Shown in pieces: positions 31,456 through 39,041 of a stretch of 64,000 nt of DNA (positions are counted from its first letter, which is position 1; each line of letters begins with the position of its first letter). The translations under genes and the position numbers were made by a program. Below the pieces are notes generated by a model. That model was not told the origin of the DNA. It saw only the letters and a program-made list of their open reading frames with translations, and did no database searches. This DNA is from an uncultured Candidatus Entotheonella sp. (lineage in GTDB: Bacteria; Tectomicrobia; Entotheonellia; Entotheonellales; Entotheonellaceae), in the NCBI GenBank assembly GCA_965215335.1, contig CBDCDA010000001.1:1152001-1216000 (forward strand), given 5' to 3'.

Positions 31456-32874
31456 TCACGGGGTAAGCGTCCGGGCAATACGGAAACCGATCTTGACGTC
31501 GCGGATACCGGAGTCGTTCCTGCCGCGGCCTGCGGAGCGCAGGAGCCACGGCACGTCACCCCAGGAGCCGCCACGCAACACGCGCCGCTCACATTCTCCA
31601 GTCTCCCAAGCCCGGCTGTCCGCAGGGGCAGCCGTATAACTGTCATTCCAGCAGTCCTGCGTCCACTCCCATACGTTGCCATGAACTTCATGGAGACCAA
31701 AGGCATTCGGCGCAAACGTACCCACTTGTACCGTTTGTCCCCGATACCGGCCCTTCTGCCCAGAACCATAGATGTAGCTGCTATCGTAGTTCGCCTGGTC
31801 GGAGGAAATCGTCGAGCCCGTGTGAAATGGACCCGTGGTTCCTGCTCGCGCCACATACTCCCACTCTGATTCGCTCAACAACCGATAGGGCTTTCCGGTC
31901 CGCTGTGACAGCCACTTGACGTACGCTCGAGCGTCACCCCAGCCGACATTGATCACGGGGCGACCGTCGCGCCCCCAGCCCAAGCCGTCCGGACGATAAT
32001 CCTTGCATCCTCCTTCGCTTACGCAGGCGTCCCACTCCCGAAAGGTCACCTCGTACACGCCGACCGCAAACGGTTCAGCGATCGTCACTCGACGCTGCGG
32101 ACCTTCATTGTCGAAGCGGCCCCACTCGGAAGCCGGCGACCCCATCATGAACGACCCCGCCGGCACGACCACCAACTCCGGACACGCCTCGCAGTCGCGT
32201 ATGCGCGTCCCGGGCTGTCCTGCGCGTCTCTGCCGGTCGGCCTCCGCTCGGGCGCGCGCTGACGTTCCACGCTGCCGTCCCTGTCTCTCGTGGTCCGCTT
32301 CTGCCTCAGTTTGACGGCCTGGGTCCTGAGACTCAGGCTCAGCCCTCGCTGCCGTCTCGGGTTTGCGCTTCGCGCCAAGCGCAAGCAGCGACCCGGCAGC
32401 CTCGGCGTCCAGATAACCCGTTGGCGCTTTACCGCGTGCGGCTTGCCACTGGCCAATCGCCGCCCGCGTCCGGCGGCCAAACACGCCATCCGCCGGACCA
32501 GGAGCAAATCCTGCCGCGGCAAGACCTGCCTGGATCAGACGTCGGTCTGTACGGGTCAAAGCCAGCGCGGCCTCTGCCGACTCCGACCTCCGTGGCGATT
32601 GCGCAAGCAGCAACCTGGCGGCCTTGGCGTCCAGGTAGCCTGTTGGCTCCTCACCACGTGCGGCCTGCCACCGGCCAATCGCCGCCCGCGTCCGGCGACC
32701 AAATACGCCGTCTGCCGGGCCAGGGTCAAATCCTGCCGCTGCAAGACTCGACTGGATCAGACGTCGGTCGGCACGGGTCAAACTCAGCGCGGCCTCTACG
32801 ACAGCGTGATCTTCGGCCCATGCGCCGCTCACTGACTGTACCAACAACAGAATGAGAGAGACGCCTATACGCAT
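31456..32874 (-). CDS. secreted protein: two peptidoglycan-binding domains plus FGE/SUMF1-type domain
   Basis: Signal peptide, two 74-aa repeats (GPADGVFGRRTRAAI), FMMGS, RLLSESEWEYVAR, NAFGL..GNVWEW, RGGSW, GFRIAR. Confidence 0.92.
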   Translation of the reverse strand: MRIGVSLILLLVQSVSGAWAEDHAVVEAALSLTRADRRLIQSSLAAAGFDPGPADGVFGRRTRAAIGRWQAARGEEPTGYLDAKAARLLLAQSPRRSESAEAALALTRTDRRLIQAGLAAAGFAPGPADGVFGRRTRAAIGQWQAARGKAPTGYLDAEAAGSLLALGAKRKPETAARAEPESQDPGRQTEAEADHERQGRQRGTSARARAEADRQRRAGQPGTRIRDCEACPELVVVPAGSFMMGSPASEWGRFDNEGPQRRVTIAEPFAVGVYEVTFREWDACVSEGGCKDYRPDGLGWGRDGRPVINVGWGDARAYVKWLSQRTGKPYRLLSESEWEYVARAGTTGPFHTGSTISSDQANYDSSYIYGSGQKGRYRGQTVQVGTFAPNAFGLHEVHGNVWEWTQDCWNDSYTAAPADSRAWETGECERRVLRGGSWGDVPWLLRSAGRGRNDSGIRDVKIGFRIARTLTP

Positions 32875-33193
32875 GACGCTTGCGTCCTCCAGGTTCGGGT
32901 TTGATCTCGAAGCACATCGTAAACAGCCAAATGCCACGCCCAAGTGACAACGAGCCCCGACCTTGCGCTTCACCATGCGGGCCGATCAATTGATCTCCTC
33001 ACCTGTCTTCCAACCAATACGTAACAGGCACTTCTACCAGAAGGGACCGATTGCGGAAAAGGGGTAGGGTCGCCGGCTGGGCGCGGTAGTGGCAGGCGGA
33101 CGAGAGTAGCTGTTTCAGACGGCTTTCGCAATGCCGGTGCCTCACGCCCCGCATAACCCCTCCCGCGCCAGTACGCCAGCCACCGTTCCACAC

Positions 33194-33490
33194 CTGCGTG
33201 CTGTAAAAGCATTTTCCGACATGGACGACGCCGGAGACGAAAGGACCCGTCGAAGAGCCTGCCCCGGACCTGATCCGGGGACATCAGGATCACGAGTTGC
33301 ACGGACAGGTCCTGTCGCTGGCCCTGGAAGCATGGTGGCGCGGCGAGATTTCGCGGGGAAAGCTGCTCGAAGTGGGCCGGCTGCTGGACATTGAGGGGGA
33401 GACGCTTCTCGACCTGGCTGGCTGAGGCGCTTTGAATGACGCGCCAAGACTTGGCGACGATCGTTCTGGATGCGTCGGTCCTGCCGAATT
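33194..33490 (+). repeat. degenerate ~297-bp direct copy of 35618-35913
   Basis: Aligns end to end with the 3' end of the XRE-ImmA gene and the start of the PIN gene, with scattered substitutions and a 1-bp indel. Confidence 0.92.
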
Positions 33491-33499
33491 AAAGAGGAC

Positions 33500-33528
33500 T
33501 TGAATTGTCTGCGGCATTGCCGCATATT
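33500..33528 (+). promoter_or_regulatory. TA promoter with palindromic operator
   Basis: TTGAAT-N17-CATATT overlapping the perfect palindrome TGCGGCA-T-TGCCGCA (33510-33524). Confidence 0.6.
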
Positions 33529-33536
33529 CGAGTGAT

Positions 33537-33869
33537 ATGCAGATATTTGCCACCAAAATCTACGAGCGAGCGATTCGCAAGTTGCTCTCGGACGATAGCA
33601 GGCGGGAAATGGAGGCCGCTATCGTGGCCGACCCCGTCGCAGCGCCGGTTATGCCGGGAACCGGGGGTATCCGCAAATTGCGTTGGGCCGGTTCAGGTCG
33701 GGGTAAGCGAGGCGGCATTCGGACGATATACTTTCATCACGCCGGGCCGGAAGCCATCTACATGCTGACAGCTTATGCGAAGGCCGCTCTCGACGACCTG
33801 AGTCCGTCGGACAAGAGGGCACTGGCGAGACTCGTTGCAGCAATCAAGGAAGCGGAGAAAACCACGTGA
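33537..33869 (+). CDS. RelE/HigB-like type II toxin
   Basis: GTGGIRKLRW..GRGKRGGIRTIY, LTAYAK. Toxin-first order. Confidence 0.9.
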   Translation: MQIFATKIYERAIRKLLSDDSRREMEAAIVADPVAAPVMPGTGGIRKLRWAGSGRGKRGGIRTIYFHHAGPEAIYMLTAYAKAALDDLSPSDKRALARLVAAIKEAEKTT

Positions 33870-34171
33870 CAACGGAACGAACCCCACTGGGCAAGGAAAT
33901 CGAGGCGGCGCTGGGGGAGGTGCTTGCGCATGTGCGCGGTGAAATCGCGCTTCCCTGCCGGATCGCAGATGACCCGACCGCGGAGCGGATTCGTGCGCTT
34001 CGTGACAGCATGAAACTGAGCCGCCAAAAATTCGCCGAACGGTTCGGTCTCGACGCGCGCACCTTGCAGGACTGGGAGCAAGGCCGACGCGTTCCGGACC
34101 GCGCCGCTCGCGTGCTGCTGACGGTTATCGACCGTGAGCCGGAAGCTGTCGTGCGGGCGCTTGACGAGTGA
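33866..34171 (+). CDS. HigA-like XRE HTH antitoxin
   Basis: LSRQKFAERFG..TLQDWEQGRR.P. 4-bp overlap with the toxin. Confidence 0.9.
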   Translation: MTTERTPLGKEIEAALGEVLAHVRGEIALPCRIADDPTAERIRALRDSMKLSRQKFAERFGLDARTLQDWEQGRRVPDRAARVLLTVIDREPEAVVRALDE

Positions 34172-34243
34172 GAATTATAGTTGCCGAATGCGAGGGCATC
34201 CAATCCTTGATCGAGGATTTGCTCGCGATCATCACGGCCGAAC

Positions 34244-34423
34244 GCCCCTTTTCATATTGACCGCAACGGCTATCATCTGATGTTTGACACAATCCCGGCC
34301 TGGGTCTGTGATCAGTGCGGTGAGGCGTACTTTGAGGCACGCGGAGTCAACGCCATACAGCGCGCCATTCAGGGCCTTGACCAACAGGTTCGGCAGTTTG
34401 CCACGGATCTTGAGACGGCATAA
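34244..34423 (+). pseudogene. YgiT/MqsA-type zinc-finger protein fragment
   Basis: APFHIDRNGYHLMFDTIPAWVCDQCGEAYF...*. The first CxxC and the start are missing. Confidence 0.7.
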
Positions 34424-34511
34424 CGCGGCGTTACAGCCGGTCCGAATCCGAACCTGCATCCGCGGAAGACAGCTTTCAAAGTGCTATTATCGAAACCTGA
34501 ATAGACAATTA

Positions 34512-34540
34512 TTGACAAAATCCGTTCGATCACATAAGAT
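34512..34540 (+). promoter_or_regulatory. sigma-70 promoter for the XRE-ImmA gene
   Basis: TTGACA-N17-TAAGAT. Confidence 0.65.
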
Positions 34541-34585
34541 TGATATGTGCGAATGAGAGACACGTCCAGCAACTCGGAGGCTCAC

Positions 34586-35848
34586 ATGGTCATGACTGCC
34601 GAAGAGATCGGGCATCGCTTGCGATTCGCGCGCGAAAGCCGGCAGATCACCCAGGAGGCCGCCGGGGTTGTGCTCGGACTGCAGCGGTCCGCCATCAGCC
34701 TCATGGAATCCGGCCAGAGACAGGTCTCCACGCCTGAGTTGATCCGTCTTGCGGATCTGTACGGACGGGCTATCGAGTGGTTCGTGAACCCGAACATTCC
34801 AATCGAGCAAGAAGACCCGGTCGTCGCGCTCTTTCGCGCTGAGCCAGGCCTGCAAGGTGAAGTCGTTCAGAAGTACGCCTTCCGTTGTCTGCGTCTCCTC
34901 AGAGAAGGGGCGTCGCTTCGGCGACTGATTGGGCGCAGAGCGGCTGTCTTCCTGCCGCGTTACGAACTGCCGTCCCCTCGAACGGTCGGACAGGCCATTG
35001 TCCAAGGGCAGTTTGTGGCCGAGCAGGAGCGTCGGCGTCTCGATCTTGGCAAGGCGCCCGTGCGCAACGTGCCTGAGACGTTAGCCCACCAGAACATCTG
35101 GACGTCCGCCCTGCCGTTGCCGAGTGAAATCTCCGGGATGTTTCTGAGCAGTCCCGACTTCGGCATGGCGATTCTGGCCAACCTTACCCAATCGCCGGCG
35201 CGACGGCGGTTTTCTTATGCGCACGAATACGGCCATGCGCTGATGGACCGCAATGCGCCGGCCACGGTTACGAGTGTCCACAACGCCAAGACCAGGCCCG
35301 AACAGCGGGCCAACGCCTTTGCCGCCGCCTTCCTCATGCCCGCGGAGGGGGTGCGGGATTTTCTGCGCAACCTGGGCAAAGGAAAAGGCTCCCGCCACGA
35401 GGAAGCCGCGGCGGATGCCGTTACCGAAGCGGGCATCCGGGGGACGTTGCGGAACCCGGCACGCTCACAGAACGTGACCTATGCAGACGCGGCGCTGTTG
35501 GCCCGGCACTTTGGCGCCAGCTACGCGGCGGCGGTTTGGCGTCTGCGCGGCTTGAATCTCGTGAGCGTCGAGCACACCCAAATGCTTCTCAGCCAGACTG
35601 AGGAGGCCAACCGCTATCTGCGTGCGGTAAGCGCGTGTTCCGACATGGACGACGCCGAAGACGAAGCACCCGTCGAAGAGCCTGTCCCGGACCTGATCCG
35701 GGGACATCAGGATCACGAGTTGAATGGGCAGGTTCTATCGCTGGCCTTGGAAGCATGGTGGCGCGGCGAGATTTCGCGGGGAAAGCTGCTCGAAGTGGGC
35801 CGGCTGCTGGACATTGAGGATGAGACGCTCCTCGACCTGGCTGGCTGA
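34586..35848 (+). CDS. XRE HTH fused to ImmA/IrrE (DUF955) metallopeptidase
   Basis: N-terminal HTH (RLRFARE..ITQE..ESGQR), RRRFSYAHEYGH, EQRANAFAAAFLMP. RBS GGAGG before ATG 34586. Confidence 0.92.
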   Translation: MVMTAEEIGHRLRFARESRQITQEAAGVVLGLQRSAISLMESGQRQVSTPELIRLADLYGRAIEWFVNPNIPIEQEDPVVALFRAEPGLQGEVVQKYAFRCLRLLREGASLRRLIGRRAAVFLPRYELPSPRTVGQAIVQGQFVAEQERRRLDLGKAPVRNVPETLAHQNIWTSALPLPSEISGMFLSSPDFGMAILANLTQSPARRRFSYAHEYGHALMDRNAPATVTSVHNAKTRPEQRANAFAAAFLMPAEGVRDFLRNLGKGKGSRHEEAAADAVTEAGIRGTLRNPARSQNVTYADAALLARHFGASYAAAVWRLRGLNLVSVEHTQMLLSQTEEANRYLRAVSACSDMDDAEDEAPVEEPVPDLIRGHQDHELNGQVLSLALEAWWRGEISRGKLLEVGRLLDIEDETLLDLAG

Positions 35849-35858
35849 GGCGCTTTGA

Positions 35859-36056
35859 ATGGCGCGTCAAGACCCGGCGACGATCGTCCTGGATACGTCA
35901 GTCCTGCTGAATTTCGTGAACATCGGTCGCATTGAATTGCTTGGTCGGCTTGGGGCATCGATCATGTTACCCGACCAGGTTCTCGATGAGATAAAGCGTC
36001 CGAGCCAGAAAGAGGTGGTCGAAAATGCCGTGACGGCAGGCGTCCTTGATTTACAA
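35859..36056 (+). pseudogene. PIN-domain gene truncated by IS
   Basis: IVLDTSVLLNF...PDQVLDEI PIN N-terminus. Frame runs into the IS end at 36057. Confidence 0.78.
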
Positions 36057-37166
36057 AGTGATGTTACGCGGCCTTGAGGAGTTGGAGTTCATCAAAGGCA
36101 TGACGCACCGCCTTGAGATAGAGCCGGGTTCGTAAGGCCACGTGATTGAGCCGATGTTGCACACTGAGCCATGTCAGGCGACACGCAGCATAAATCGCCA
36201 GAAAACAATGATTGCTCTGCGTCCGTACCGTTCGGGTCGGCGACTTGGCTAGCGACGCATGGCTCTTGAGCGTCTTGTGATACGTCTCCACGTTCCACCG
36301 TTTCTGGTAGATTGTGACGATGCCTTCTGCGTCCTGCTCGAGGTCGCTGCAAGCCAGATACAAAACCCCGCGGCTGCCGTCTTTGTTTGTAAAGACCTGG
36401 CGGACGAGGAGAACCGCAAAGTCCAGTCCCCTCAAGTAGCCGCGTACCGCTTGGCGTTCCGGCAAGTTCAGCGCCTCTAGGCGTGAGAAGTTTCCTTGGC
36501 GTTTGGCCTCGTAGCTCAAGGCCACCGTACGGTTGGATTTCAGGGCGATGACGAAATGCTTGCCCAAGCCCTGGCGAATGAAGTGCAAGTTTTCCTTGGC
36601 TGAAAACCAACTGTCAGCCAGCACGTAGCGGTAGGCCAACTGATTGCGCTGGCACACAGCCAGCATGCGGCGCAGGTGTTCATTCTTCGAGCGGTTGCTT
36701 TTGCGCTTCAAGGTTCCCGTTTTCGCATCACGGTAGACGATGGGTTTGCCGATGAGTTCACAGGCCACGGGCAGGGTGGTGCCTTGGGCGTGATAGACAC
36801 AGTTAAGCAGGTTGATGCCTTTGACGGTGCGGTTCTTGCTGTGGTCGAAGTGCCAGGCGATGAGTTCGTTTTCGTCCGTATAGGGCTTTTCCTCAATGGT
36901 GTCGTCGAAGATGAGGACGCCTCCGGCGTCTTCAATCTCACGCACCATGGGCTTGACGAGTTGCCAGAGGGTCTTGGAGTCAAAGTCTTCTTGGGCTAGA
37001 AAGCGGGTTATCTGGTCATGGCTGAGGGAACCTTCGAGCAGGTCGGACAGACCTGTTGCGGTGGTTGCGCCAAAGGAACTCAAAAGGTAATCGCTGTAGA
37101 GGTCTACGAGTTCTCTGTTCATGGTCCCTCGTCCTGTTCATGACTCAAACGGTGCGTAACATCACT
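36057..37166 (-). mobile_element. insertion sequence, IS701-like
   Basis: 13-bp perfect terminal inverted repeats AGTGATGTTACGC (36057-36069 and 37154-37166) around an intact transposase. No target duplication seen. Confidence 0.88.
36064..37122 (-). CDS. DDE transposase (IS701-like)
   Basis: LIFDDT, VLADSWF, YQKRWNVETYHK. Confidence 0.92.
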   Translation of the reverse strand: MNRELVDLYSDYLLSSFGATTATGLSDLLEGSLSHDQITRFLAQEDFDSKTLWQLVKPMVREIEDAGGVLIFDDTIEEKPYTDENELIAWHFDHSKNRTVKGINLLNCVYHAQGTTLPVACELIGKPIVYRDAKTGTLKRKSNRSKNEHLRRMLAVCQRNQLAYRYVLADSWFSAKENLHFIRQGLGKHFVIALKSNRTVALSYEAKRQGNFSRLEALNLPERQAVRGYLRGLDFAVLLVRQVFTNKDGSRGVLYLACSDLEQDAEGIVTIYQKRWNVETYHKTLKSHASLAKSPTRTVRTQSNHCFLAIYAACRLTWLSVQHRLNHVALRTRLYLKAVRHAFDELQLLKAA

Positions 37167-37168
37167 GT

Positions 37169-37456
37169 TTCATTTATGAGCGGGTGATTCCCTTCCTTTA
37201 TCGGCTCTCCTATACCGACCGATTTGGCATCGACGCTGCTCGAAACGAGCTATGGGGTGAGTATGCACATGGAGATGAGGGATTCCGGGAACACAAAAAA
37301 GAGATGCTCAATCTCGCTCGGCGTAACGCTGGCAGAAACGCACCATGCCCTTGCGGGAGCGGCATCAAGTACAAGAAATGCTGTTTGGACGAAGTCCAGG
37401 TGGCGGAGCGAGATACGCGACTGAGGGGCCAGGGTGCTCACCGCATGACGAAATAA
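37169..37456 (+). pseudogene. 3' fragment of a SEC-C motif protein
   Basis: [18 protein letters not shown]. Frame is open back to the IS end, with no clear native start. Confidence 0.7.
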
Positions 37457-37496
37457 AGCATGTCGGAATTCCCAAACCAATAAGGGAAGCTAACTC

Positions 37497-39038
37497 ATGC
37501 CCACCCTGCACTGGCTGACACGCGACACCGACATTCACGCCGCTGCCCGCGTGCCCTATCGCCTGCTGGAAGAAGCTCCCGACCTTTCGGCTGGTGACCC
37601 GGACGTCGGCAACGTGCTCATCCAGGGCGACAATCTGGAGGCGTTGAAGGCCCTGCTGCCGTTCTATGCCGGTCAAGTGAAGTGTATCTACATCGACCCG
37701 CCGTACAACACGCGCTCGGCTTTCGAGCACTACGACGACAATCTCGAACATACCCAATGGCTGGCGATGATGTGGCCGCGCCTTGAACTGCTGCGCGACT
37801 TGCTGGCGGAGGACGGCTCGATCTGGGTGTCGATTGACGACAATGAGGGGCATTATCTCAAAGTCGTCATGGACGAGGTATTCGGGCGGAAGAATTTTGT
37901 GGCAAATGTGGTTTGGCGAAAGAACTATGCGCCAAAATCAAGCGCAAGGCACTTCTCCGAAGACCATGACCATATTTTGGCCTATGCCCGTAACGCCGAG
38001 GAATGGATTCCAAACCCTTTGCCTCGGACCGATAAACAAAACAGGGCATACAAAAATCAGGATAACGACCCACGAGGCCCTTGGCGGCCCAATAACCTTG
38101 CCGCTCGTAACTATTACAGCAAAGGAACTTATAGTATTCGCTGTCCCGGTGGACGTTTGATCGAAGGGCCACCTGCTGGTTCATATTGGCGCATTTCGGA
38201 AGATAAATTTTGGAAGATGGACCGCGACGGACGTATCTGGTGGGGAAAAGACGGTAATAATGTCCCTGCGCCCAAGATTTATCTGAGCGAGGTTAAGCAG
38301 GGCATCGTTCCACAGACGTTCTGGAACTACGAAGATGTTGGTCACACGCAGGACGCAAAAAAGGAAACCGTGAAACTATTTGGCAGTGAGGTTTTCGGGA
38401 CTCCAAAGCCCGAACGCCTCCTTCAACGCATCCTCCGCATCGCCACCAACCCCGGCGACCTCGTCCTCGACTCCTTCCTCGGCTCCGGCACCACCGCGGC
38501 GGTGGCGCACAAGATGGATCGCCGCTACGTCGGCATCGAAATGGGCGCGCACGCCGTCAGCCATTGCGTGCCGCGCCTGAAACAGGTCATCGACGGCGAA
38601 CAGGGCGGCATCTCCAGAAACGTCGGCTGGCAGGGCGGCGGCGGATTTCGCTTCTACCGCCTCGGTCCGCCGGTGTTCGACGCGGCGGGGCAGATTCGCG
38701 CCGACATCCCCTTTTCCGTGCTGGCCGCCCACGTCTGGTTCAGCGAGACCGGACGCCCGTGGCGCGGCAACGGCCAGTCGTCCTTCCTCGGCCGGCACGA
38801 CGGTCGCGCGTATGCGCTGCTGTACAACGGCATCCTCGGTGACAAGCGGCCGGACGGCGGCAACGTCCTGACCCGCGCCACCCTGGCGGTGATTCGGGCG
38901 GCAATGGCGCGTCAGGATGCGGGGTCCGCCGCTCCGCTCACGATCTACGGCGAGCGCTCGTGCCTGATGCCAGCCACCCTCGACCGCGAGCGCGTCACCT
39001 TCAAGCAGGTGCCCTACCACCTCAAGGCGTGGACCTGA
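37497..39038 (+). CDS. mod: type III restriction-modification DNA methyltransferase (Mod)
   Basis: IQGDNLEAL, IYIDPPYN, TPKPERLL, LDSFLGSGTT. Directly upstream of Res. Confidence 0.92.
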   Translation: MPTLHWLTRDTDIHAAARVPYRLLEEAPDLSAGDPDVGNVLIQGDNLEALKALLPFYAGQVKCIYIDPPYNTRSAFEHYDDNLEHTQWLAMMWPRLELLRDLLAEDGSIWVSIDDNEGHYLKVVMDEVFGRKNFVANVVWRKNYAPKSSARHFSEDHDHILAYARNAEEWIPNPLPRTDKQNRAYKNQDNDPRGPWRPNNLAARNYYSKGTYSIRCPGGRLIEGPPAGSYWRISEDKFWKMDRDGRIWWGKDGNNVPAPKIYLSEVKQGIVPQTFWNYEDVGHTQDAKKETVKLFGSEVFGTPKPERLLQRILRIATNPGDLVLDSFLGSGTTAAVAHKMDRRYVGIEMGAHAVSHCVPRLKQVIDGEQGGISRNVGWQGGGGFRFYRLGPPVFDAAGQIRADIPFSVLAAHVWFSETGRPWRGNGQSSFLGRHDGRAYALLYNGILGDKRPDGGNVLTRATLAVIRAAMARQDAGSAAPLTIYGERSCLMPATLDRERVTFKQVPYHLKAWT

Positions 39039-39041
39039 TTC

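Noticed and set aside
31456..31600. FGE-type C-terminus as a diversity-generating retroelement target
   Set aside because: No template repeat with adenine-specific mismatches and no reverse transcriptase seen in the window.
33194..33490. Duplication as a DGR template/variable repeat pair
   Set aside because: Differences are not confined to adenines, include an indel, and span a gene junction.
37497..39038. Phase-variable mod (phasevarion)
   Set aside because: No simple sequence repeat tract in or before the gene.
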